A stretch of DNA of 64,000 bases from Polyangiaceae bacterium. Its GTDB lineage: Bacteria; Myxococcota_A; Polyangia; Polyangiales; Polyangiaceae. Positions 9,118 through 17,856 of the stretch are shown here, in pieces (position 1 is the stretch's first letter; each line of letters opens with the position of its first letter). The notes beneath the pieces are model-generated. The model was not told the DNA's origin. It searched no databases and saw only the letters and a program-made list of their open reading frames with translations. Where the stretch lies: contig JANRKO010000016.1 in the NCBI GenBank assembly GCA_033763455.1, positions 1 to 64,000 on the forward strand, in the 5' to 3' direction. The translations under genes and the position numbers were made by a program.

Positions 9118-9330
9118 TCAGGATCGTCTCTGCAAGAAATCGATGAGCGCGACGATGATCACGCTAGCGAACGCCCAAGCAACGCGAGGCATCCAGCCCG
9201 GTCGAGCGGCGGCAACTTGTTGCTTGCGCAGCTCCGCATCGTTTTTCAGAAGCGTGCTTGCGGCTTGCTCGGGAGAAACCTCTCGCCGGGCTGCGCGTTC
9301 AAACACCTCCGAGGTCTTCACTGCCTCCAT
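9118..9330 (-). CDS. Small protein with a C-terminal transmembrane helix
   Basis: AAGGAG RBS before ATG 9330; overlaps the end of the GAF gene; C-terminus WAFASVIIVALIDFL. Confidence 0.65.
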   Translation of the reverse strand: MEAVKTSEVFERAARREVSPEQAASTLLKNDAELRKQQVAAARPGWMPRVAWAFASVIIVALIDFLQRRS

Positions 9331-10141
9331 TGGTCGCACTCCTTTCTATTCGGCTAGAATGGCACGCGACAAGGGACCATTCAAGCAGGGCCACGTAAGG
9401 AGCCAAGTACCTCTCCAAGCTCCGTCCTTCAAGGTCGAAGTGATGGGGCTTAGCACTGTCAATGGACAGGACGGCCAGGACGGCTTCCGGCCCCCGTATT
9501 GGCAACAGTAGAATGCTTCGGTATGGCTTCTCGACATCGCCGTACTCGCGGTGGACATTCCCCACCACCAAGTGATCACCAGTTTCGAACACGGTCGTGG
9601 CTGCCATTAGGCGCCGCTGGTACCGAGCCCCTGGCTTCCTGTGCTCACTATCGCGAGCAATTACGACCAGATCATCTCCATCTTCAACAAGAAGGTTGAC
9701 GTAGATCTGCGTGGCAGAGAAATCAGCCCGGTGGCTTCGCACGTATGAAGCTATAAGCCCAAGCGTTTCCTGCTGGAAACGACTCACCTCGCCGGGAGAC
9801 ATTGCTCGGTGCCGTTGCAAGTCCTTAATCAGCCGATACAAGAGTATCTTTCGCTCAAGATACATTCCCTGGACGATCTTCATCGTCCGGTCCGAACTGT
9901 AGACGGCAGCCTTACCCAGAACGAAAATGACCGTTAACACGGTGTGAGCAATGCCAAGCCTTACTGAGCGGTCGTAAACCGGGATGCCAAGCGCACCCAG
10001 AGCCGCCAAATAGACTCCCGTGCGCAGCCACCAACTCTTGGAACGAAATGCTGCCCAACCGCGGTGGCGCCAGATCGTCACCCATCTGCGAGTCTGCGGC
10101 CCCAACCCAGTTGGTTGCCTTTTCTGCAAGCCTCCCTCCAT
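9299..10141 (-). CDS. Two-TM protein with a C-terminal GAF domain and no output domain
   Basis: Two hydrophobic segments, then GAF-like NLLVEDGDDLVVIARD...PYRSILLLPI...VLAVLSIDSAKPHHF. Start placed at ATG 10141. Confidence 0.7.
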   Translation of the reverse strand: MEGGLQKRQPTGLGPQTRRWVTIWRHRGWAAFRSKSWWLRTGVYLAALGALGIPVYDRSVRLGIAHTVLTVIFVLGKAAVYSSDRTMKIVQGMYLERKILLYRLIKDLQRHRAMSPGEVSRFQQETLGLIASYVRSHRADFSATQIYVNLLVEDGDDLVVIARDSEHRKPGARYQRRLMAATTVFETGDHLVVGNVHREYGDVEKPYRSILLLPIRGPEAVLAVLSIDSAKPHHFDLEGRSLERYLAPYVALLEWSLVACHSSRIERSATNGGSEDLGGV

Positions 10142-10203
10142 GTCCCGAGCTTTCTTGTACACGCATTTCGTGTTGCTAGAAAGCGGGTTTTCCCAGGAGT
10201 CGC

Positions 10204-10265
10204 GATGGCATGCCGCACATAACTTGAGATGGCATACCGCGCATGAGTTGAGATGGGATGCCGCG
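10204..10265. repeat. 24-bp imperfect tandem repeat (about 2.6 copies)
   Basis: GATGGCATGCCGCACATAACTTGA / GATGGCATACCGCGCATGAGTTGA / GATGGGATGCCGCG. Confidence 0.8.
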
Positions 10266-10391
10266 ATCGCGTCGAAAACGCCATCGAGGGGTACCGCTCC
10301 CCCGGTTGCACGAAACCCATGTAGAAGCGTAAAGGCGCTCATTTCTGCCGTCGCCGGCGGGACGAAGGCCAGCACATGTGGACCGCCTCTT

Positions 10392-10958
10392 TCAGTGAAC
10401 TCCTTCTGCGTTCGCTCCCGGCCCTCCCGCCCGCAGCGTTTCGCCGGTGACATTCTTGTCCAACATCGAGAGTGCCGCCTTGAGTGTCGACTGATACACC
10501 TTCGACGCATCCCCGCCAAAAGAAATACCAAACAGGAGATGACGCCATTCGAAACATGCCGTCGCCTGCGATTGCACGGTGGCTTTTTCCCTGGGCCCAA
10601 TCATGGCGCGGATCTGGATGCACTGGTCAAGCGTTTCCACTGCTATGAGCTCAGTTGCATAGTCAACCTCAAGAGCCAACTCGTACTTTGATCGGTTCTC
10701 GAGTTTCACACCCGATCTCCGCAGCACTTGGCTCACGGCACTCCGAATCTCATCAACCGTAGCTCTTGACCCCTCTGGAGGTGGGTTTCTCTTGTCTATA
10801 ATACGCAAACTAACCGTTCGCGGTGAGAGCCCCTCAAACGCTACTGCGGGCAACTCGTCAGCGTCTAAATTCGGCACGCCCACTGAGCTCGCCGGGACGC
10901 AACCCCACCCCAAAAAAGCGGCACCTATGAGTACTCCTAAAGCCAACTCTTTGCGCAT
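10392..10958 (-). CDS. Hypothetical lipoprotein (YajG-like)
   Basis: Lipobox LGWGC; VSLRIIDKR alpha/beta domain. Confidence 0.65.
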   Translation of the reverse strand: MRKELALGVLIGAAFLGWGCVPASSVGVPNLDADELPAVAFEGLSPRTVSLRIIDKRNPPPEGSRATVDEIRSAVSQVLRRSGVKLENRSKYELALEVDYATELIAVETLDQCIQIRAMIGPREKATVQSQATACFEWRHLLFGISFGGDASKVYQSTLKAALSMLDKNVTGETLRAGGPGANAEGVH

Positions 10959-11026
10959 GCCTCACCATTGCGTCTTCCTCCCCGAATGCCAACTAAAGCC
11001 CCCAAAGGCCAGACAAATTCAGCTTG

Positions 11027-11452
11027 CTACGGAGCACCCAAAACAGCTCCTCGCGAAGCCCACACGAATCGGACAACTCCATAAGAAAGTGTAAATAGCA
11101 CCGCTCCCCACACGTGGACCTTTTCGTCTGAAGCTTCTCCCCGCTCCCGTCGTGAACGCGACATTGTGGACGCAAACAATCCTGCAAGCACCGGCGCTAG
11201 AACAAAGTTGAACAACCTTAACCACGAATACTTCAGCAGCACGTGCGGCCACACCAAGAGTGATATGCCGCCTAGTGCCGCACCCACCGCGGCGGACGCG
11301 AGAACAACCAGCGCCCCTTGGGAACTCTCCTCCCGCTCACCCGCCCATTTTTGGTCGCGCCCCGACAAGATCAGATCGTAAAGAAACCAGGTAATGAGGT
11401 TCCACACCAGTTCTAAAACGAGGTGAACCACCAGGATAAGGAGTTCATGCAT
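11027..11452 (-). CDS. Hypothetical membrane protein
   Basis: Four hydrophobic helices; GGAG RBS. Confidence 0.65.
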   Translation of the reverse strand: MHELLILVVHLVLELVWNLITWFLYDLILSGRDQKWAGEREESSQGALVVLASAAVGAALGGISLLVWPHVLLKYSWLRLFNFVLAPVLAGLFASTMSRSRRERGEASDEKVHVWGAVLFTLSYGVVRFVWASRGAVLGAP

Positions 11453-11658
11453 ATTGCTCCGCACACGCTAGCAGAACCGCGCTTACAGGCTGCATCGGTA
11501 GAAGCCAATTAGAATCTGTTGTGCCACCCCGCCCGCTAAGTTCGAAAGTAGTCTGCAACGGGTGCTCGGCCAGCTATCCTCGCATTCCAATTCCTCCCGC
11601 TGTGGCAGACCGTGTGGGCCCTTACGAAATGTAAGCCCCGTGGTTAACTCACCCCACG

Positions 11659-11961
11659 ATGCAAGACTACATTCTTCTGATGCACAACGATGCTGATCAT
11701 CTGCAAAGTGAAGGCAACGCAGATCTGTGGAGTCGTTACCTGGATGCTCTCAAAGCGTCCGGGTGTTTCCAGGGGGGCAGCGCGATAGGCTCCGGCGCCT
11801 GTGTGAGCAAAGCTGGAACCAGAGCGAATATTACGGGGCATCTTGCGGGTTACATCCGAATCTCCGCCAGGGATCTGAACCACGCACAGGAGTTAGTGCT
11901 GGGAAATCCTGTGTACGAAGCCGGCGGGACGGTGGAAATCCGCGAGCTTCCGAAGAGCTGA
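11659..11961 (+). CDS. YciI/DGPF-family protein
   Basis: MQDYILLMH...LAGYIRISARDLNHA...PVYEAGGTVEIREL. Confidence 0.8.
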   Translation: MQDYILLMHNDADHLQSEGNADLWSRYLDALKASGCFQGGSAIGSGACVSKAGTRANITGHLAGYIRISARDLNHAQELVLGNPVYEAGGTVEIRELPKS

Positions 11962-12052
11962 TCGGACGCGACGCCACAGCAAGTCTTGGTTGCGCGAAGA
12001 TGCAAACGCGCTGCTTGCGCACTGAAGATCGAGGGCTACCTGCACGATTCGA

Positions 12053-12427
12053 GTGTTCGGACAAACCGCACTCATCGAGGCTCGCGTACCACTAACGTTG
12101 GCGGCCACCCAAGACGTCGACGTTAGGGCTGACTACACGTACGCCGTTGAGCGTGAGTTTGAGCGTTTGCTCATGGCCCAGGGCAGAGTGTTGGATCCCC
12201 TCGGGCACGAAGCTTGGATGCCCCGCGAAACGCGCTATGCCGACGTGTTTCATGGCAAGTGGGTGCGCGTGGCCTTGGCCGACCCCGACGCCGTCCTGAT
12301 TTCCAAGGCACTCAAGGCTCCCATGAAGAATGCGCCGTTAATCACTGAGTACCTTGCGGCTGGTGCAAGCGAAAGGTTTCTCCAGCTCGCAACCAAGTAC
12401 CATGTGGATTTGGAGCGATTTTTGTGA
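12053..12427 (+). pseudogene. DUF6036-like nucleotidyltransferase, probably 5'-truncated
   Basis: GQTAL...ATQDVDV NTase motif and LISKAL. In-frame stop at 12023 upstream. Confidence 0.55.
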
Positions 12428-12606
12428 CGCCCGCTGCTCGCATGCAAGCGCGTGCACGCCGTCGGCTTGCGAAGCTTCGGGCTCACGCGCGGGATGTTCG
12501 GTACATGCAGGTGATGGGGCGTTTCGTGCATGAAGGCCTGTTGGTTGTGAATCACCCGCTACCAGAACACACCGAGCCAGTCAGGCTTGCTAGAACAGCT
12601 GTCTAA
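12424..12606 (+). pseudogene. Truncated partner gene translationally coupled to the NTase
   Basis: GTGA overlap; 60 aa; ends abruptly. Confidence 0.4.
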
Positions 12607-12664
12607 GGATCTGGGGGGTTCCGAGTCGGAGGTGGTTCGGCGTGGCCTGCGAGCACTAGCCTAG
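12587..12664 (+). pseudogene. Ribbon-helix-helix (CopG-like) antitoxin fragment
   Basis: LLEQLSKDLGGSESEVVRRGLRALA*; no start codon. Confidence 0.45.
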
Positions 12665-12925
12665 CGCAGGTTGCTGAGGATGGGCCCGCTAAACGTAGCA
12701 AGAAGGTGGGATATGTGACCTATCCGCCATGCGGCGGCCTGCGCAGGAGGGGCAGAAGCCTCGGCGTTTGCAGGAAAACGCCACGAGCTCCGAATAGCCA
12801 CAAGCGCGGCAGGTAAGCTGCAAGCTGACGGATTAGGTAACCTGTAAAAATGCTGGCCTCACCTGGGAGTGACGAGATCGAGGGTGTTGCGGAAGAGCTA
12901 GTAACACCCTAGCCTGCTTCGCACT

Positions 12926-13510
12926 ATGAGGGTGTTTCTCCTGTGCCTACCTGCCTGCTTGTTGCTTCAAGGTTGCAGCTTCCTTTTCACGCATGGCCCG
13001 CCCCCGGAGCATGAAAAGCTCGATTACTTTGACTGTGATGCGAGTGCGGCCGGGCCCGTTGCGGACGTGAGCTGGGCACTCACAGACGGCGTAATGACAG
13101 CCGCGTTGGTCAGCGCGAACAATCGAACGGACGACACGAGCCGGCCCGGTGGAACATCCGTGGGGATCTTCACGGCTCTTACGGCTGTCCATACTGCCTC
13201 CGCAATCTATGGTGCCGTTAAGATCAATCAGTGCTCCGATGCACGCGAACACCTTCGCCAACGCATTTCAACTTCCACTGTCGAGAATCAACGCATTATC
13301 AATGAGCTTCAGCGTCAACTCGATGCGGCGCGCGGAATGCCCAACCAAGCTCCGTATCAGGCTCCAGTGCAAAGCTCTTCCACGGCGAGCCAAGCGCCGT
13401 TGGTGCCGCCTCCACCACCAGCGCCTACAACACAGCCAGCTGCGCCTTTGGTGCCGCCACCCGTACCTGGCATCCCACCAGCTGCGCCTCCTCCTATCCC
13501 CAACCCGTAA
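12926..13510 (+). CDS. Lipoprotein with Pro-rich C-terminus
   Basis: Lipobox LQGC; coiled coil; PPPPP tail. Confidence 0.75.
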   Translation: MRVFLLCLPACLLLQGCSFLFTHGPPPEHEKLDYFDCDASAAGPVADVSWALTDGVMTAALVSANNRTDDTSRPGGTSVGIFTALTAVHTASAIYGAVKINQCSDAREHLRQRISTSTVENQRIINELQRQLDAARGMPNQAPYQAPVQSSSTASQAPLVPPPPPAPTTQPAAPLVPPPVPGIPPAAPPPIPNP

Positions 13511-13530
13511 CGAGCTCTGAACGTCGCGCG

Positions 13531-13560
13531 GGCCTTCAGCTGATCTCACTGCATTAGGCG
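13531..13560 (+). other. Possible degenerate attC right arm
   Basis: GGCCTTCAGCTGATCTCACTGCATTAGGCG: L'-like CAGCTGA and R'-like ATTAGGC (GTT mutated), just after a stop codon. Confidence 0.4.
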
Positions 13561-13564
13561 AGCT

Positions 13565-13744
13565 TCGAGCCCCGAGCACACGAACGCTCGGAAAGACGTT
13601 CGCTAGCACCTGCAGATCCTTCACGTCCCTCGTATACACAACATCCCCTCGCTGGGCTGCGGAGGCCATCACGATAGAGTCGATGGTGTTGGTGTCTCTG
13701 GTCGTTTTAAGCGCTAACCCTGCTACCTTGGCGAGCGCCTCGGT
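13565..13744 (-). pseudogene. PIN/VapC toxin C-terminal fragment
   Basis: EALAKVAGLALKTTRDTNTIDSIVMASAAQRGDVVYTRDVKDLQVL. The N-terminal PIN strand is missing. Confidence 0.65.
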
Positions 13745-13828
13745 CCGCGCCGGAAAAACAACGTTAGCCAGGAGCCTCTCGGGCGTTGAGTAAGAAATGA
13801 TGCGGCTGCGTTGAGAGGTTGGTTGGGG

Positions 13829-14278
13829 TCACCGCGAACGACGCGACGTGCCGAGAATAAGCACTTCGCTCACTGCACCGAAATCGCGGTCGTGGGTGGC
13901 GAGCGCGTAGCAACCCGTGTGCAACGCGACAGCGACCTGGAGTGCATCCGGAAGCTTCAGAGCATAGCGGAGCCGCAGCCGAGCGGAGAGCACCGCAATA
14001 TCGGCGTTGATGTCGCACATGCTCCAGCCGGCATTCTGGGTGATCGTCCTGCGATAGCGTTCGACTAACGCTTCATTGCCTGACTTGAGCGGCCCTGACA
14101 CTACCTCTGCCAGCGTGATTGGCGTTACAATCGCCCGGATACGACCCTTGTCTACAGCCTCGAAGATCGAGTGAAACGCGGCCGCAAGCGGATTGCCTTC
14201 CAGCAAATAGATGATGGGGTTCGTATCGATGAGGACGGTGGTGCCATCAGGCACCTGATCCGCAAGGCTCACTGCCAT
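13829..14278 (-). CDS. vapC: VapC/PIN-domain toxin
   Basis: Motifs VLIDTNPIIY, TLAEV, LKLPDALQVA and THDRDF. Confidence 0.9.
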   Translation of the reverse strand: MAVSLADQVPDGTTVLIDTNPIIYLLEGNPLAAAFHSIFEAVDKGRIRAIVTPITLAEVVSGPLKSGNEALVERYRRTITQNAGWSMCDINADIAVLSARLRLRYALKLPDALQVAVALHTGCYALATHDRDFGAVSEVLILGTSRRSR

Positions 14279-14520
14279 TCATCCCGTAGACGCTTCAACG
14301 TTCTGCGCGAATCGCGGCCCCATAAGCCGCGCCCGGAACCCGCCAGCGAAAGAATTGGCAGCTTCGGTCCTTCGTTGACGGCGCCAATTGGCACGACCTC
14401 CGCGTAGGGCTTGCCCCGCTTGGTGATAATGCTCCGCTCCCCTCGACTGGCTCGCTCCAACAATTCAGGCAGGAGTGTACGAGCTTCCTCGGATCCGTAG
14501 GTTTTCAGGACTTTCGCCAT
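14269..14520 (-). CDS. Phd/YefM-family antitoxin
   Basis: EEARTLLPELLERASRGERSIITKRGKPYAEVVP; overlaps vapC. Confidence 0.9.
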   Translation of the reverse strand: MAKVLKTYGSEEARTLLPELLERASRGERSIITKRGKPYAEVVPIGAVNEGPKLPILSLAGSGRGLWGRDSRRTLKRLRDEWQ

Positions 14521-14526
14521 CAGGCA

Positions 14527-14542
14527 AGTGTACGATCCGTAC
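14527..14542 (-). promoter_or_regulatory. TA operator palindrome overlapping a -10 box (leaderless start)
   Basis: GTACG-ATC-CGTAC at 14530-14542. Minus-strand TACACT lies 6 nt before the ATG. Confidence 0.55.
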
Positions 14543-14720
14543 GGTTTGGGCGCAACCACGCTCGAAGCGCGGGTACTCATTTTGCTGGGGGCTTGGCCTG
14601 TGCCTACCGAGAGCAGGCAAGGCGGACAGTGGCCAAGGCAAGAGCTCGGCTATCATCTCTAACAGAAGCTCCATCTCGCCACTCCGACTACGTCGACAAT
14701 CTTAATCCGCTTTGCTACTT

Positions 14721-16085
14721 CTAGGGCAGTTTTCCTGCGAGTTCCGCGAACTTCTGCACCACCTTAGTGTTGTCCTTCGCGATTCTCTTAAACGGCTTCG
14801 AGATACATGGATGTCGCTCTACTTCACGCCAGAACGTCTCGGCTGCCTCAACGATCGAACGCCACATGCCTGCTATCGCCGGATGCGGTGGCGGCAACCG
14901 CAGCTCTCGGACTACGAGCTGCTCTTGGAGAGGCACGTAGAGCGCCGGGGTCATATCGTAGACGGGCGCGAGCTTCCGAACCCGCGTCCCCTCAGTCACG
15001 AACGAAAGGTTCGCGGCGTGCATATCCGTGTTGCCAATCAAATGCCCGAACCATTCGAGCCAAATAATGCGTTCGACGAGTTCCAACGGAATGCGTCCAA
15101 GGGCGGCAAGGGCAGCCGCACTCCGCGACCAAGTTTCGAGTTGTCCAACAAACTCCGCGTCAAGCGCCAGTAGCGAGAGCGTTCCTACACGCCCAGCCTG
15201 CGGCGTTCGATCAAAGCGCTCGACCTCAAGGTAGAGGCGGGAAGCGGACTCCACCACCTCGGACCGGCACGCCTCTTGGCCAAATTGGTTTAGTGTTGCG
15301 TGTGCCAAGTGCTCACACACCAGCAGATCTGCGCGCCGCCTTCCCAACGCGCTATCCCTCGGGGGAGAAAACTTTACGAGAACACTCTTCACGTGAGGAG
15401 CGAGCCGCGCGAGAAACTTTGGCTGCTCTCCTCCCGCGGACGATCCGGGTGCTGTGCCGCCTAACACGTCATCAGCTAACTTGTCGTAACTCGCGCCGCG
15501 GGTATGAGCGTCTATCGGCGTTGGCGCCATTCCCTGGGTTTGAAGGTAATGCTGAAATGCCCCGTCCCCCACAATCCAATTTCCCACGAGGTCAGATCCG
15601 AAACGTAACATGTATCTGAGACACTGATCGGCGGACCACAGACGCACGTCAGCTGGAAGAAGAAGGTCCGGATGTTGCTGTGGCACGAGGCGACCAAGAA
15701 ACCCAGCCGGGCGCATGTCGTTCAGGAAATACGGAAGGTCGGTGAAGAAGCCCGACTCTACCTCCGCTACAAGACCTTCCACATAGAAGGCGTCGCCCGC
15801 TACCCCGTGCAAGCGAGCAGCGAGGCGTGCCCTTCCGAGCGCATCGATCTCGTACATGGGAACGCTGGCTGCTACTTCGCCCAACACGCGCCGGTGCGAG
15901 TAACGCGTGGCACGTGCACGCCCGACGACAAGAAGATCTTGGGAATGACGCGCCACCAACCTCGACCAAGTGGCGTGGGAAACTCCGAGCTGCTTCTCGA
16001 GCTCAGCTGCCGAACTCGAAGGCTGCCGCAAGAGCAGCCTAGTGGCCTTGCGCCAGAGCGTTTCGAAGTCCTGAGGAGCGGCCAT
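14721..16085 (-). CDS. yjjJ: HipA-family Ser/Thr kinase toxin YjjJ
   Basis: N-terminal HTH, GRARATRY, SSAGGEQPKF, ERFDR, GNTDMHAANLSF and APVYDM. Confidence 0.9.
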   Translation of the reverse strand: MAAPQDFETLWRKATRLLLRQPSSSAAELEKQLGVSHATWSRLVARHSQDLLVVGRARATRYSHRRVLGEVAASVPMYEIDALGRARLAARLHGVAGDAFYVEGLVAEVESGFFTDLPYFLNDMRPAGFLGRLVPQQHPDLLLPADVRLWSADQCLRYMLRFGSDLVGNWIVGDGAFQHYLQTQGMAPTPIDAHTRGASYDKLADDVLGGTAPGSSAGGEQPKFLARLAPHVKSVLVKFSPPRDSALGRRRADLLVCEHLAHATLNQFGQEACRSEVVESASRLYLEVERFDRTPQAGRVGTLSLLALDAEFVGQLETWSRSAAALAALGRIPLELVERIIWLEWFGHLIGNTDMHAANLSFVTEGTRVRKLAPVYDMTPALYVPLQEQLVVRELRLPPPHPAIAGMWRSIVEAAETFWREVERHPCISKPFKRIAKDNTKVVQKFAELAGKLP

Positions 16086-16240
16086 TCAGAACAGATATCA
16101 GATTAGATATTCGTTAGCAATTACGTATTGTTAAGGTCAATTTTGAGTAATTTCAGAGCAGATTATTGTGCACATTGATTCAGGAGATGCAGGGACCGCT
16201 CATTCCAAAAGCAAACCCGGTATCCGGGGGCCGAACAAGC

Positions 16241-16650
16241 CTACGGCGCGCGAAACCCGGCCAACCACACGCCCACGTCGCGGGAACTACGAAGTCGCAC
16301 CAACCTGCGCGACGCAAAACGTGCCGGCCAGAGGCGTCGATGTCGAAAATGAGTGATCAGCATCCAACTGAGCAATGAGCCGCGACCCCACAGGGCATTT
16401 TGCAGGGTCTCGCGGTTGCCGTGCCAGAGTTGTTCCCGTCGAAACACGCGTCGCGCCGTCCGGCGCGCTAGACGAAAGAGCTTCGTTCGGAGCGGCAAGT
16501 CAAGCCACACAACGAGATCAGCGCGGTCAAGCAGCAGCGTCCCAAGCTTGCTGTCATAGTTGCCTTCGACGACCCACCCTTGCTCATCGTCGAGTGCCTT
16601 TGATCAAGATTCGGTGCCCCATCCTGGTTCCAATACAACTTATCGCCGTG
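16241..16650 (-). pseudogene. Adenylate-kinase-like (FlaR/topology modulation) remnant lacking its P-loop
   Basis: GWVVEGNYDSKLGTLLLDRADLVVWLDLP...EQLWHGNRE. The N-terminus is frameshifted or missing. Confidence 0.65.
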
Positions 16651-16744
16651 ACGCTTCAACGGCCAAATCCGTACGCCGCAACTTCGACGCTGGATTTCTT
16701 GCCGCACTTTCTCAATCGCGTGCAACGGAGGCACGGCTGAGTGG

Positions 16745-17383
16745 CTAACGCCGTTCCGCAGCGGCGGAATGCAGCGCGTCTACGTCGATGTCGCAGCTAA
16801 GGCACTCAACGCGGGCCTTCTGCCCTGCCCGAGCCTCAGATTGCTTCCACTCGGAGGTTAACGGCACTCGCGACCACACTTCCACGCGCGCCTCACGGTG
16901 AGAAACGATAATGATGCTTTCGAGCGTCGGGATCTGCTTGTAGTGTTCGAGCTTTTCACCGCGATCGTAGTCTTCCGTACTTTCACTCGTCACTTCGACC
17001 AAGACGCGTGGGTTGGTGATGTTGGTTTTCTTTTCGGGGTCCCGCTCGGTCGCACCGCAAACCACTGACGCGTCCGGATAGGTGGCGAGCCCGGTCGCCA
17101 GAACGCGCACTCCGAGATCGGACGTGAAGACGCGACATGGCCCATCCTTCAACGCGTCTCTGAGCTGACCGATCGCCTCGGCAGCCATGGCCGCGTGTTC
17201 AGGCGTGCCGCCTGCCATCGCAAAGATCTCGCCGCCCAAAAACTCGTGGCGCGTGGAGCTCTCTTGCTCAAGCCACACGTAATCCTGATACGTATATCGG
17301 TGATGCGGAACCGCGAATACCACGGTGTTAGCATAGCGCACCCTGTGCATGAGCGGGAGGCCTTCCAACTTCCCCATCCGCAC
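16745..17383 (-). CDS. Uma2-family endonuclease (start may be about 60 nt downstream)
   Basis: HEFLGGEIFAMAGGTPEH, YPDASVVC and LVEVTSESTEDYDRGEK. Confidence 0.9.
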   Translation of the reverse strand: MRMGKLEGLPLMHRVRYANTVVFAVPHHRYTYQDYVWLEQESSTRHEFLGGEIFAMAGGTPEHAAMAAEAIGQLRDALKDGPCRVFTSDLGVRVLATGLATYPDASVVCGATERDPEKKTNITNPRVLVEVTSESTEDYDRGEKLEHYKQIPTLESIIIVSHREARVEVWSRVPLTSEWKQSEARAGQKARVECLSCDIDVDALHSAAAERR

Positions 17384-17552
17384 GCTCAGTAGAGCGGCAT
17401 TTCCCTAGCTCAATAGGACCGTCTTGAGAGGTGTGCCGATGGCCGCTTTGAGCTCGCGCTCAAGTCCGTCTGGAAAGACGACACGCGCGCCGTGCTCTTC
17501 GAGGGCCACAACCTCCACCGCTCGCATGATCGGCGAGGGTCCAAGCGGCCTC

Positions 17553-17822
17553 CTAGCGCCTTCGAGCATCCGGCTGCAACGAATCACGCAAGCGCGCAAG
17601 CTGTGCCAAAACCTCACGCACTTGCGGAAGCAAAGCCGAGCCTTGAGCTGATAGCCGCATGCCTTTCGACGTCCTTTGAAACAGCGGCACTCCCAATTCG
17701 TCCTCCAGGCTGCGGATCCGACGCGTCAACGGTGGTTGGCTGACACGCAGGCGTTTTGCGGCACGCCCCACGTGGCCTTCCTCTGCGACCGCGACGAACG
17801 ATTCGAGTTGCACCAGTGACAT
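17553..17822 (-). CDS. LysR-type regulator, HTH and linker only (89 aa)
   Basis: LESFVAVAEEGHVGRAAKRLRVSQPPLTRRIRSLEDELGVPLFQR; stops after the linker helix; GAGG RBS. Confidence 0.8.
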   Translation of the reverse strand: MSLVQLESFVAVAEEGHVGRAAKRLRVSQPPLTRRIRSLEDELGVPLFQRTSKGMRLSAQGSALLPQVREVLAQLARLRDSLQPDARRR

Positions 17823-17856
17823 CCCTCAACGATACACGCGAAGCCCGGCCCGGGCG

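Noticed and set aside
10204..10265. Mini CRISPR or guide array
   Set aside because: No spacers, under three copies, and no associated nuclease.
10142..10600. N-terminal extension of the 433-aa ORF
   Set aside because: It overlaps the lipoprotein gene and the repeat region; start reassigned to 10141.
1..17500. Complete integron (intI and attI)
   Set aside because: No tyrosine recombinase ORF is present in the window.
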